Made by a program: the position numbers and the translations under genes. A stretch of 63,551 nucleotides of DNA, the filler included, from Octopus bimaculoides (Eukaryota), in the NCBI RefSeq assembly GCF_001194135.2. It is 8 parts of 8 records of this genome, joined end to end, with 100 filler letters (N's around TTAATTAATTAA, not from the genome) between each part and the next. Parts side by side here need not be neighbours in the genome. Positions count along the whole stretch, not along the records: positions 1 to 11,063 come from NC_068999.1; positions 11,164 to 17,756 come from NW_026385165.1; 6 more parts are not named here. The stretch is one strand, 5' to 3'. This document shows positions 1-12,489 of the stretch, piece by piece. How positions within the stretch are numbered: position 1 is the stretch's first letter; each line of letters opens with the position of its first letter. The notes under the pieces were generated by a model. It ran no database searches. It worked only from the letters and a program-made list of their open reading frames with translations, and had not been told where the DNA came from.

Positions 1-21
1 AGAGAGAGAGAGAGAGAGAGA

Positions 22-130
22 GTTGAAATTTACAGAAAAACAAAAGACGAAGACAGGTGTATGAACAACAAGCAGGTGTATTAGTTTGCTGCTCGGGAAA
101 GTGAGGAAGTCTTTTAGGTTTCGAGCCTAC

Positions 131-131
<1 letters not shown>
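22..131 (-). mobile_element. Probable Penelope-like pseudo-LTR fragment, truncated by a (GACA)n tract
   Basis: The minus strand begins CGTAGGCTCGAAACCTAAAAGAC, resembling the 3' half of a PLE-type hammerhead (stem II arm + GAAAC), followed by a pyrimidine-rich tail. The family assignment is from recall. Confidence 0.4.
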
Positions 132-184
<53 letters not shown>

Positions 185-198
185 TAGACAGACAGACA
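132..198. repeat. (GACA)n microsatellite
   Basis: Seen directly. Confidence 0.97.
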
Positions 199-1468
199 AA
201 CTGAGAATTCTCTTCATCGATTCCAGCAACGACTGTTTGTCCCATCTGAATATTTTGATGCATGTCATCAAAAATTCATTAACAAGCTAACAAACCTCTA
301 TATTTGACATAATGTTTGGGATTGTAGACATGTTCTAAAGCATATCATTGCTATTTTGCATTCATTTATATCCTCTGCGATAGGATGGGATTCCAAAGAA
401 ATTAGGGAGATTCCATCAATTGAATTCCACGAAATAAAATTCCAATGATTTCTTCTGCGATAGAATAAGGGTGTGGGATCAGATGGGGAGAAAGAAAGAA
501 AGAAAAAGTACGGAACCCAAAGAAAAATGTAAGTAACGAAGATGCAAAGAGAGATTAGGAAAAAATGAAAGAAAAATGCAAGATAGGAAGAAGCAAAAAT
601 GTCAGACATCTAACATAATTGCCAGCTTTGGAGTCAACCGAATTTAGGAGAAGTCTTCTATTTTTGTTCTTTTGACTACAATTATTTCTTTCTTCTTTCT
701 TTCTTCTCATGCTTATTTGTTTTATCCTCATTTTATTCTTCAGATATAAAGATCGATTCTAATATCATAGGATTATCTAATAATTTGCCTGAATGCATAC
801 GACTCACTAAATAAAATACAACGGAAAATGGCGGCACGTATTTCTGAACATAAAGCAGACGATAGCTCAAAAAAGAAATGAAGAAAAGAAAAAAATACAA
901 ATGTACAGATGGACTCTGCAATGATGTGCAAATATTCTTTTATACGATGGGATTCTTTTTGAGGCAATGATTTTGACATACCAATCGCACCAAAACAATG
1001 GCGGCCACAACTATGTCCACCATCACTATCACCATCATTTTTACCATCACCAGTACCAACAAGACAGCTAAAACCAACACAACTAAAATCAACCTGCTAG
1101 AAATATCAACCGAATCTCTCTCAAAAGAATATCTCAGCATTTTTTAAAGTGAAGGTCACTTCAGATGATGTAATCCAAGATAATATTAATGGTCATGACT
1201 TGGAATCCCTTTGAGGATAGGTCTCTGCGTTCTATGTTCAAATTCCATCGATGTCAAATTTAAATTCCTTGTTTGAGGTCGATAAATAAAGAACTAGTCC
1301 AGTACTAGGGTCAATTTTTCTTCTCTTTTCACCCTCTCTCTTCATTCTGTGAGTAATTAATTGGTGGTGGTCATATCTGGAGAAGAATGGGTTCAGCGAG
1401 ATTTAAAATGAAAATAACTAAGAAACGCAATGTGTCATGACCATGCCTCTACGGCTGTTAGGAATCGT

Positions 1469-1567
1469 GTGTATGTATGTATGTATGTATGTATGTATGT
1501 ATGTATGTATGTATGTATGTATGTATGTATGTATGCATGTATGCATGTATGTATGTACGTATGTATG
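1469..1567. repeat. (TATG)n microsatellite running into an assembly gap
   Basis: Seen directly. Confidence 0.97.
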
Positions 1568-2678
1568 NNNNNNNNNNNNNNNNNNNNNNNNNNNNNNNNN
1601 NNNNNNNNNNNNNNNNNNNNNNNNNNNNNNNNNNNNNNNNNNNNNNNNNNNNNNNNNNNNNNNNNNNNNNNNNNNNNNNNNNNGGGGGGGGGGGGTGCTA
1701 TTACTATCCATCGTTCAGCAGAGATTACTGAGAAGTAAGAGATCCAACAAAATAGCAGAAAAATGTCCCTCGAAATCCTTTCCTCTAGAAGGACACATTA
1801 GATGACGTAGACTTATATTTATTATATCTGAAAAACAAAGGTCTACTCATATGTCTATTCGATCAAGACTTGCCTCGGGCTAAACATTAACCACAATGAT
1901 AACCCAGATAGAATTCTGTNNNNNNNNNNACACACACACACACGCACACACATCTAACTAAATAAAAGCGTGCAAATAATTTGTTGATTCGATCCCCGAT
2001 CTCTACAGTTATGTGTAAGTATTAGATTTTGGACGGTCGCCTAAGGAATGAAGAACAGATGTAAATGTTTGACAAAAGTACAAGACACTTCATCTAAGAT
2101 TATCTCATCAAACTCTTACATTCCGCTACGTCTCGAAAATTCTAAAGTGTTTTATGATTATTTGCTATTCGCATAGCAACAAGCTGTAAGTACTTTCAGA
2201 TCGTCATCTCTCCTATAAAATAGTGTGAATAAATCCCATATTTTTATAAAGAATTTCTTAATGACATTCTAAGTTATGGAGACACATGCTGATAAAACGA
2301 TAGCATCAAAGTCGGAAAGCAGTCTGCTAAATCCATCATATTGCTAAAGAAATAGGCTTTACATACTGATTGATATCAATATATCAATCAGTATGGCAGT
2401 CGTATAAGTCGGCACATTTAGTTAAGTTTGTATTTCCTTCTGGAGACAAGAATCTTGATGTTTTCAAGTAAGGTCCTTCACCCGAAATTGAGAGAGAAAA
2501 TGCTCGCCATATTGGATTTTACAAAAATAAGAAAAACATGAGGGGAGGACGGAGGTGGGGAAGGGAGGTAGGAAAAACACATGAATCTATTAAACAGATA
2601 TTTAAGGGCCAACGAAGCAGCCTCTACGCGGTTGCTCGGCCAGCTAGAAATGGTAGCCAAATCTCTCTCAATGCTATT

Positions 2679-2855
2679 GGCGCAGGCGCAGATGTATGGC
2701 TGCGAAGTTTGATTCCTTATCTCCTAACCATCGTGTCTTCGGTTCAGCTGCACTGCATGGCACCTTGTGCAAGTGTCTTCTACTATAGACCTGGGCCGAC
2801 CAAACCTTTGTGAATGGATTTAGTAGACGGAAACTGAAAGAAGCTTGTCATCTAT
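2679..2855 (+). mobile_element. tRNA-derived SINE family B, 5' half
   Basis: GGCACCTTGTGCAAGTGTCTTCTACTATAG...GTAGACGGAAACTGAAAGAAGC matches the copy at 14216 and ends in a microsatellite. Confidence 0.8.
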
Positions 2856-3409
2856 ATCGATACATAATTACGTACATACATGCATGCATCATGCATACAT
2901 ACACACATATATTTGTGTTTGTATGTATGTGTGTGCGTATATGTGCGCGTGTGTGCATGTATGTGTGTGTTTGAGTAAGTGCGTGCGTGCGTGTGTGTGT
3001 GTGTGTGAGTGTGTAATATACATATATAATATATATTAGCGACAGCGGCAGCATTAATACCAAGAGGTGGCAGTTATCCCATGCTTAAACGTAGATGTTC
3101 TGTTAGAACAAACTATACGGCGGTAGATACCACGAGAGAACCTCTCATATTTGTCCTCGAGCTGGAGGTAGCAGGATATAAAGATATATCCCAGACAGCG
3201 ATATAAAGATGCGTGCATTATTTTCTCTGGTGGCATGTATCGCGATATAGGTTGTTCTAACAAAACAACTTTGTTTAAGTGGGGGATATATTACCTTCTC
3301 TGTTTCTCTTTCTCTCTTTCTTTCTCTCTCTATATATATGCGTGTGTGTGTATCACACACCATACCACACCACACACCACCATACCACACCACACCACAT
3401 CTCACCACC

Positions 3410-3524
3410 CGCACACGCTAGCACTGACCACTTCCCAGCACCCACAACAGCGCACACGCTAGCACTGACCACTTCCCAGCACCCACAACAGCGCACACGC
3501 TAGCACTGACCACTTCCCAGCACC
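3410..3524. repeat. 41 bp minisatellite, about 2.8 copies
   Basis: Unit CGCACACGCTAGCACTGACCACTTCCCAGCACCCACAACAG starts at 3410, 3451 and 3492. Confidence 0.95.
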
Positions 3525-4449
3525 TACACCATCATCCACACGGCTACACNNNNNNNNNNNNNNNNNNNNNNNNNNNNNNNNNNNNNNNNNNNNNNNNNNN
3601 NNNNNNNNNNNNNNNNNNNNNNNNNNNNNNNNNNNNNNNNNNNNNNNNNNNNNNNNNNNNNNNNNNNNNNNNNNNNNNNNNNNNNNNNNNNNNNNNNNNN
3701 NNNNNNNNNNNNNNNNNNNNNNNNNNNNNNNNNNNNNNNNNNNNNNNNNNNNNNNNNNNNNNNNNNNNNNNNNNNNNNNNNNNNNNNNNNNNNNNNNNNN
3801 NNNNNNNNNNNNNNNNNNNNNNNNNNNNNNNNNNNNNNNNNNNNNNNNNNNNNNNNNNNNNNNNNNNNNNNNNNNNNNNNNNNNNNNNNNNNNNNNNNNN
3901 NNNNNNNNNNNNNNNNNNNNNNNNNNNNNNNNNNNNNNNNNNNNNNNNNNNNNNNNNNNNNNNNNNNNNNNNNNNNNNNNNNNNNNNNNNNNNNNNNNNN
4001 NNNNNNNNNNNNTATATATATATATATATATATATTGATGCAACTTAAACTTTCTTAGATTCATCAAACGTATCGATGAAACTGTTACTTGGAGTCGAAT
4101 TAAACTGTTAAATAATATAAATAGACAGATACGCAGATACATACGTACATACATACATACGTACACACATACACACACATACACGCACATACACACACGC
4201 ACGAATACACACAGATACACATACATACATATACATACATACATACTTTTGAAAGAAAATTATATCAGAACTTATCTTTAAAAAGGTATTTGAAAACTCA
4301 GGTTGACACATATGTGTGATTCTCTTCCATCAAGTTTGCGTTAATCTATATTTTAAAGAATTTTTTTTCGCGTATTTTTAATTTAAAAGGAATTCGAATA
4401 TTCTGATTGTATCAAGAATTTTCTTCTCAATTTTTCAAAATATGTGTAA

Positions 4450-4510
<61 letters not shown>

Positions 4511-4542
4511 GAGACGTGAATATATGTATGCATTATATATAT

Positions 4543-4579
<37 letters not shown>

Positions 4580-6847
4580 TGATGAAGGAAACGGAAGATA
4601 GATTTAGATAGATATCTAAATGGATCTGCTTCTACGGGTGCGCGCACGTTTTCGTTTTATTATATATATAAACTACAATAGACAGTGAAGTCAGAAGCAT
4701 TCCTGGCTCTGACAGACGTCCAACAGGGCTAACAACAGGTCACCGCCCAAATCTTTTATTGGCCACAAAGGTCTACGTCAAAAGGTTTGGTAAAATAGGT
4801 CAACAAAAAGAAAAAATATTTATTAAAATGAAAAAAAAAAGGTAACGAGCGAAAACGAAAGACGAAGGATTCCATCTTTTATCATTCAGAGTCGTTGTCA
4901 TCAGCATCATTATCGTCAGCGTTCTCACGACTGTCATCATTATGCAATAATGATGATAATGATGATAATGATGACATCGCTGTCATCTTCACCATCGTTG
5001 CTACCGCCACCATCATATCACCATCGTCACCATCGCCATCATGATCGTCATCATCATCATCATCATCACCGATGTCATTCATTTATTTTATTCCCAGTAA
5101 TATAGAATGAGTAAACCTTTAAGATTATTATTTTTATATCAATTCATTTTACTTTTTAATCCATCTCTTCTACTTCTTCTTTTTCTTCTTCTTCGTCTTC
5201 TTCTGTAATGTCTTCAATTCGAACCTTCAACCTCCAGGTTGAAATGTCAGGTTTTTTACCGCCTTAGGAATTAGGTTAGACGCCGATCGATCAATACGTT
5301 CATAAAAGTGCATGATACTGCGTCTTACGTCACATAACCTCTTTGGAATTGTGTAGCGGCACGGTGCTTTTGTTGTAGGAATATTGCATGTTGGGGAGAG
5401 GGGGGGGAGAACGCAGGGGGTAGAGTTGAGAGTTAGATAGTATAAGGACGGAGGAAGGGAAGCATATACGTAGTAGGAGATNNNNNNNNNNNNNNNNNNN
5501 NNNNNNNNNNNNNNNNNNNNNNNNNNNNNNNNNNNNNNNNNNNNNNNNNNNNNNNNNNNNNNNNNNNNNNNNNNNNNNNNNNNNNNNNNNNNNNNNNNNN
5601 NNNNNNNNNNNNNNNNNNNNNNNNNNNNNNNNNNNNNNNNNNNNNNNNNNNNNNNNNNNNNNNNNNNNNNNNNNNNNNNNNNNNNNNNNNNNNNNNNNNN
5701 NNNNNNNNNNNNNNNNNNNNNNNNNNNNNNNNNNNNNNNNNNNNNNNNNNNNNNNNNNNNNNNNNNNNNNNNNNNNNNNNNNNNNNNNNNNNNNNNNNNN
5801 NNNNNNNNNNNNNNNNNNNNNNNNNNNNNNNNNNNNNNNNNNNNNNNNNNNNNNNNNNNNNNNNNNNNNNNNNNNNNNNNNNNNNNNNNNNNNNNNNNNN
5901 NNNNNNNNNNNNNNNNNNNNNNNNNNNNNNNNNNNNNNNNNNNNNNNNNNNNNNNNNNNNNNNNNNNNNNNNNNNNNNNNNNNNNNNNNNNNNNNNNNNN
6001 NNNNNNNNNNNNNNNNNNNNNNNNNNNNNNNNNNNNNNNNNNNNNNNNNNNNNNNNNNNNNNNNNNNNNNNNNNNNNNNNNNNNNNNNNNNNNNNNNNNN
6101 NNNNNNNNNNNNNNNNNNNNNNNNNNNNNNNNNNNNNNNNNNNNNNNNNNNNNNNNNNNNNNNNNNNNNNNNNNNNNNNNNNNNNNNNNNNNNNNNNNNN
6201 NNNNNNNNNNNNNNNNNNNNNNNNNNNNNNNNNNNNNNNNNNNNNNNNNNNNNNNNNNNNNNNNNNNNNNNNNNNNNNNNNNNNNNNNNNNNNNNNTTGC
6301 ATGGACGCCCCCAGGCGATAAGTAGGCTAGTCCAATACGTATAGATAGCTAGGCGAAAAGCGTCGCGTAGACTAGACGCCGAGTTCTGTAGAGTCGAGTC
6401 GTCGAAAGTGAGAGTTGAGAGAGGTCATCCGCACGTGCGATATAACAGGTACTTAAGTTGAGGCACCATAATTTAGTACGGTATTATCCATACAATTTCA
6501 AATGAAGGTGATTAAAATCAAAATAAGCAACAAGGATATCCATTTAATTGAACAATGCAATCATTACAAGAAATTAAATGCAGAGCAATCCTCTGCTGCA
6601 TAAAGACATAGAATTTAATTAAATTAAAACAGATGGACACATTAGTATAATTTTACCTAAAATTTCCAAGAAGGTAAGGAGAGAACATGCTGTCTTCCCT
6701 TCAGCTTAGAATATATATATTCGGGTTTTGGGTTCTATTTAGTGTATCAAGGGACGATTGTTTGTAACGTGTGTACATGCGCTTATGTGTACTAGTGTCT
6801 ATGTATATATGTCTATATGTATGTGTATATATATATATATGTATGTA

Positions 6848-7232
6848 GTGGAGGCGCAATGGCCCAGTGGTTAGGGCAGCGAACTCGCAATCGTAGGATC
6901 GCGGTTTCGATTGCCAGATCGGGCGTTGTGAGTGTTTATTGAGCGAAAACACCTAAAGCTCCACGAGGCTCCGGCAGAGGATGGTGGAAAACCCTGCTGT
7001 ACTTTTTCACCACAACTTTCTCTCACTCTTACTTCCTGTTTCTGTTGTACCTGTAATTCAAAGTGTCAGCCTTGTCACACTGTGTCACGCTGAATATCCC
7101 GAAAACTACGTTAAGGGTACACGTGTGTGTGGAGTGCTCAGCCACTTGCACGTTAATTTCAGGAGCAGGCTTTTCCATTGATCGGATCAACTGGAACCCT
7201 CGTCGTCGTAAGCGACGGAGTGCCAACAACAA
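6848..7232 (+). mobile_element. tRNA-derived SINE family A, full length (~385 bp)
   Basis: A box TGGCCCAGTGG, B-box-like GGTTTCGATTGCC and an (AAC)n tail; closely similar copies at 58282 and 40227. Confidence 0.9.
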
Positions 7233-7309
7233 TGATGCATGAGAGCCAGGCAAATATGTCCATGTGATACGTAAGACAGGTAAAGAGTTAAACAGCAGAC
7301 TTCCACAAA

Positions 7310-7700
7310 AGCATTGGAAAATAATTTCCTTTCTTATAGGACAGAGAATTTTTTAAGAGAAATGCTTTAGTGCTCCATTAACTAATATTCCAAATTATTC
7401 AGTAGGCTTTGAACTCAGAAAGCGTAGAACCGGAATCAGTAAAGTATTTTCTGACGCTCTAAAAATTCTGTCAATTTACCGTCCTTATTAGTTTTTTTTT
7501 ATTTGCTATGAGGACAGCAGACGAGTGGTACATTACAAGGTACAAACTTATTTATAAGGGGAAGAGCAGAGTCAACGAAATCGACACCAATATATAACTG
7601 GTACCCATTTTGTCGGCAACAGAAACAACGAAAGGTACAATCAAACTTCGGCGGAATTTGAGCTATGAACGTAAAGGGATGTAACTAAAAAAGAGCAAAA
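7310..7700 (-). mobile_element. Two degenerate copies of SINE family C
   Basis: The reverse complement matches segments of the 16858 and 57947 copies (TTCAAATTCCGCCGAAG..GACTTTG, AGTACCAG..GGTCGAT). Confidence 0.55.
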
Positions 7701-8040
7701 TAATATTTGTTCAATAACCACTTAATGGTTCAGCCAATCAGACTGGCTTAACTAAAGTACAACAAAAACAACAATAACAATTACAACAACTCAACTACAA
7801 CAACAACAACAAGAACATCACTGTTAACTACAAAACCATGTGTTTTATATGTACCCAATATATAATGTACAGTGAGGTCATGTACTTTAGAGAAAGATGA
7901 ACACCACAACATCAACTTACTAGCCGTAGAGTAAGCACTGACACATTTAATCTAATTTGTTAATTACCATTAAAACTTTTAAGTGTCACGTAATTAGCAA
8001 CAGTTTCTAATTAGTGTCGCTTTTTTTTCGTTAGAAATCC

Positions 8041-8224
8041 TTTCTTCTCCTTCTCCTTCTTCTTCTATTTCTTCTCCTTCTTCTTCTTCTTCTTCTTCTT
8101 CTTCTTCTTCTTCTTCTTCTTCTTCTTCTTCTTCTTCTTCGTCTTCTTCTTCTTTTACTTCTACTTCTTCTTCGTCTTCTTCTACTTCTACTTCTTCTTC
8201 TTCTTCGTCTTCTTCTTCTACTTC

Positions 8225-8256
<32 letters not shown>

Positions 8257-8285
8257 CTTCTTCTTCTTCTTCTTCTTCCATTTCT
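8041..8285. repeat. (CTT)n-rich trinucleotide array
   Basis: Seen directly; it is the source of the spurious poly-Glu ORF. Confidence 0.95.
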
Positions 8286-8984
8286 TTCTTTTCCTACTTT
8301 CTTCCTTCCTTCCTTTCTTTTTTCACACTCTCTCTCTACATCCTACTCACCCTTTTCCTCCATTATTGCATGTTATTAAAAATACTCTCTTCTCTCTCAC
8401 TCCTTCATCTTTCCCTCTTCTCTGTCAAATCTCCTTCTTTTCTCCTCCACATTTCTTTCTTTCTTTCTTTCTTTCTGTTAACATAAGCATCAACAGAAAA
8501 CAACATCAAAACAAGAAAAATATCAATTAAAAAGCACAACAAAATAAATTGCATTCAAAGAAATAAAGTAAAATCCCTCCAGTTTCCTCAAGTACCAATC
8601 CATAATTCCACACACACAAAACACACAAAACACACAAAACACACAAAACACACAAAACACACAATCCACCTCCACAATAAACCCTAACCCTAACTCCCAA
8701 TACCCACAACACACACACACATTCGGGCTCTCNNNNNNNNNNNNNNNNNNNNNNNNNNNNNNNNNNNNNNNNNNNNNNNCACACACACACACACACACAC
8801 TCACACATACACATACACAAAACATAATGCACGCAAAATGCAACACTCGCCGCTCCCCATGCAAAAATAAAACGAAACACCTCAGGCGGAAATATTAATT
8901 AAAGAGTGTTAATTAAAAAACAATTTTAATGCCAGTCAATATTGTTTATGTAGCGAACTTTTCCGCCATTCCTAGACCGTCTTA

Positions 8985-9013
8985 CCTAACCCTAACCCTA
9001 ACCCTAACCCTAA
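8985..9013 (-). repeat. Short interstitial telomere-type repeat (TTAGGG)n, about 5 units
   Basis: CCTAACCCTAACCCTAACCCTAACCCTAA on the + strand. Confidence 0.85.
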
Positions 9014-9212
9014 TCACTTGGTGTTAAATTTCGAGTCAACTCCTCTCAGCCCCATTGCATTTCGCTTCACTATACTATATTCTCTTTCAATTGCTTTAAC
9101 CCATTTGATTCGACTTTATTCTCCCTTACCCTATTTTGCTCTCCAATTCACTCTCTATGTTCTTATTTCAAACCATACTTCTCCATTTAAGCAAAGGATC
9201 TTAGCTTAGTCG

Positions 9213-9727
9213 TTAGGGCGACGCGTTGTGACCTTGAGCAAGACACTTTATTTCACGTTGCTCCAGTCGATGCAGCTGGCAAAAAAGGAGTAGTCCCTGT
9301 ATTTCGAAGGGGCCAGCCTTGTCACAATCTGTGTCACGCAGAATCTCGCAAAGGACTACATTAACGGGACACGTATCTGTGGAGTGCTCAACCACTTGCA
9401 CGTTAATTTCATGAGCAGGCTGTTAGTGAAGGCACGTTGCTTAGTGGTCAGGTTATTCGGCTCACGATCATAATAAGATCGTGAGATCGATTCCCGGCGG
9501 CGAGTTGTGTCCTTGGGCTTGACGCTTTATTTCACGCCGCTCCAATCCACTCAGTTGGCAAAAATACATAGTACCTGAATTTCAAACGACCTTGTCACAC
9601 TCTGTCATGCTGAATCTCTCAGAATGTCTGTGGCATGCTCTGTTACTTGCACGTTAATTTCACGAGAAAGCTGTTCCGTTGACCGGATCAACTGGAAAGC
9701 TCAACTTCATAATCGACGGAGTTCCAC
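9213..9727 (+). mobile_element. Two adjacent degenerate SINEs related to family A
   Basis: Both share CCTTGTCACA...CACTTGCACGTTAATTTCA with the 6848 copy, but the central part is TGTG(A/T)CCTTG..GAC(A/G)CTTTATTTCACG..GCTCCA. Confidence 0.75.
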
Positions 9728-10254
9728 TCCCCCGTTTGACGCTTTGTTAATACATTTCCCTTCATACTATTTCTTTCCATTCCAGTATTGACTCCTTCTT
9801 GTACTCCCATTTCTTTTAACTTAGTTTTAGTGCTTCGTATTTCATTTGACACCATATCTAAATAGATATGGCAAAAATTTGTTCCATCTCTTTAACTTGA
9901 CATTAATCCTCTGTAAAATATTGGGTTGGTAAAGCCCTAACGTGGAAAGAAAAAGTCGAGGCCTGCCTTAGGAACACGAAACCACATTTTTGAAAATGGT
10001 ATTATCGTTAATACGTGTGTTATGTTCGCAGAAGATGTGGGTTCGAGTCCCATTTAAAAAAATTTTAAACCCATTAACCTACATGCTATTATTTATAGCT
10101 TTGTCTTTTTCGAGTCCCACCCTATAAATATCTTATTTCAATTCTCTAGGAATTTAGAGCGGATAGCCATCACCTGGAACATAACTGAGAGCCACCACGG
10201 TAGCCACCCGAATAATATATCCTTCTAAACTCATATTAGTATATATATAGTTTC

Positions 10255-10370
10255 CATCTAACAAATTCTCTCATAAGGCATTGGTCCGCTTGTCCGAAAT
10301 GCCGCACGCTGAAGAACTGAACCCGAAATCACGTGATTGCAAAGCGAGTTTCTTAACCACATATTCTAGA
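10255..10370 (-). mobile_element. Degenerate SINE family B, 5' half
   Basis: The reverse complement matches the head and body of the 14216 copy. Confidence 0.6.
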
Positions 10371-10597
10371 AATTCTTAAATTCTTAAAATATAATTAGTG
10401 TCTTTAATGTGTAAGGAAAAGGCGGCGACGAGGAAAGGGCTCTACTTGAAACACTGGATTCTCCATTTCCCACGGCAATTCCACTGCACTCTTTCTGACG
10501 CTTTTCAATATATATGTATTATATATATATGCATCTATACATACATACACACACACATACATACATATATACATACATGCATATATATGCATATATA

Positions 10598-10653
<56 letters not shown>

Positions 10654-11063
10654 CTTGCAGACGTGGGTATGTCTGCGTCTATGTTTGTGTACGTAATATT
10701 AACAGGCTTGTGGTTAACAATAGACAAAGGCACTACTTGTTGCATATAGACATTCGTCGTGGAAAGGCTTCTAGATTCCACAGTAGCAGCATCAACAATA
10801 ACACAGGCTAAATAACCAGCCAGTCACTGCCGGAAGTGAAGACATGTGAGACGTCCGTTGTGAATTTGGGAATTTCAGCAACACTGCAAATGACACGACA
10901 GTGTTTTCATATGCAACTCAAGCATTTAAGGGTTACACATACAGATACACACCCTTACATGTGTATGTATTTGTGTGTGTCTGTTTTTGTGCATGTGTGT
11001 GTATGTACACACATATATATATATATACATACATATCTATATATATATATATATATATATATA

Positions 11064-11163
11064 NNNNNNNNNNNNNNNNNNNNNNNNNNNNNNNNNNNNN
11101 NNNNNNNTTAATTAATTAANNNNNNNNNNNNNNNNNNNNNNNNNNNNNNNNNNNNNNNNNNNN
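11064..11163. other. Artificial scaffold-join spacer
   Basis: 44 N + TTAATTAATTAA (stops in all six frames) + 44 N = 100 bp. Confidence 0.95.
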
Positions 11164-11198
<35 letters not shown>

Positions 11199-12235
11199 TG
11201 TATGCAAATATAAGTTCAGATATTTATATATATCGACATATGTATGCATATATGTAAATGTAATGGAAATATAAAAAGAAATAGACATTCTCATGTTTCT
11301 ATCTTTTCCATAACAACAGTACAGAGCGAATGACATAAAGCCACATAATCTTACATTTCTGAAGACTGTTAAGGATTTAAGATTAACAGAAAGTAATTCT
11401 TTGGACGATTCCTCTTCCAAACGTCTTTATAAATAGTTGATTTGAGAAAAATTTCTTTGACTGAACAACTCCATCCAACTCTACTAAATCTGTTTAGTGA
11501 CAATCACAAGTAGAAAAAAAAAGCAAGAAAGGAAGAAAGAAAAGAAATAAGAAACCGAAAAGAGAAATAGGAGAAAAGAAAAAGAAAAAAGAAGCGAATA
11601 TAACACCAAGAGTTTAAAATCTTCTCTCCTTCCATAACTAAACGCGTATTCGTTCCGACGTGGCTCACATGAAACTGGTGAAACAGAAGGGCTTCATCTG
11701 ACTACTACTCATGCATACATGCATACACACACACACATACACNNNNNNNNNNNNNNNNNNNNNNNNNNNNNNNNNNNNNNNNNNNNNNNNNNNNNNNNNN
11801 NNNNNNNNNNNNNNNNNNNNNNNNNNNNNNNNNNNNNNNNNNNNNNNNNNNNNNNNNNNNNNNNNNNNNNCTTAGAGAAAGAAAGAAGATTGAGGAGAGA
11901 GAAAAACAGAGAAAAGAGAAAGAGAAAATCCAGATTACGCACATCCTGTAGAATTCTTCACAATCATAAAACCTGAAGTGTATCGATTAAAACCATTTTT
12001 TACAAGAATTTAACACTTATTTTCTACACTGCAAAAAGAAAATAAAATGCACACAATCACACAGAATAAAACAAAACAAACATACCCTTACGGCAACTCA
12101 CACACATACACTGTAAAATATTTTGTCATATTTGAAAGCGAATTTACGCACAGAAATAATCTGTCCTTCGGGATTTAGCTCATGGTTTTATTAAATATGT
12201 GGTACTATTGCACAAACTAACGATGAGGTGACATA

Positions 12236-12480
12236 TTTTACTTGTTTCCGTCATTAGACTGCGGCCGGCCATGCTGGAGCAACGCATTTAAGAATTGTTA
12301 GTCGAATGAATTCTGCCCAGTACTTATTTCTTTAAAACCTGGTGCTAATTCTAACCGTTTTTTTTTATGTACCACATCAATATCGGTAAACACACCAGCA
12401 TCGGTTGTCAAGTGGAGGTGAGGAACAAACATGGACATAAAGACGAACACACATACACACATAAACACACACACACACAC
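12236..12480 (-). mobile_element. SINE family B, 3' half
   Basis: TTGTTTCCGTCATTAGACTGCGGCC..CATGCTGGAGCA..AAACACACCAGCATCGGTTGTCAAG is the reverse complement of 14400-14600. Confidence 0.8.
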
Positions 12481-12489
12481 ACACGTATA

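Noticed and set aside
9996-10053. tRNA-like segment with B box GGTTCGAGTCCC
   Set aside because: No acceptor stem or proper anticodon arm; probably a decayed SINE head, not a tRNA gene.
10599-10830. Open minus-strand frame ACVIVDAATVESRSLSTT... and a nearby GCCGGAAGTG (ETS-like) motif
   Set aside because: No recognisable homology, ambiguous splice sites, and the frame ends in a microsatellite.
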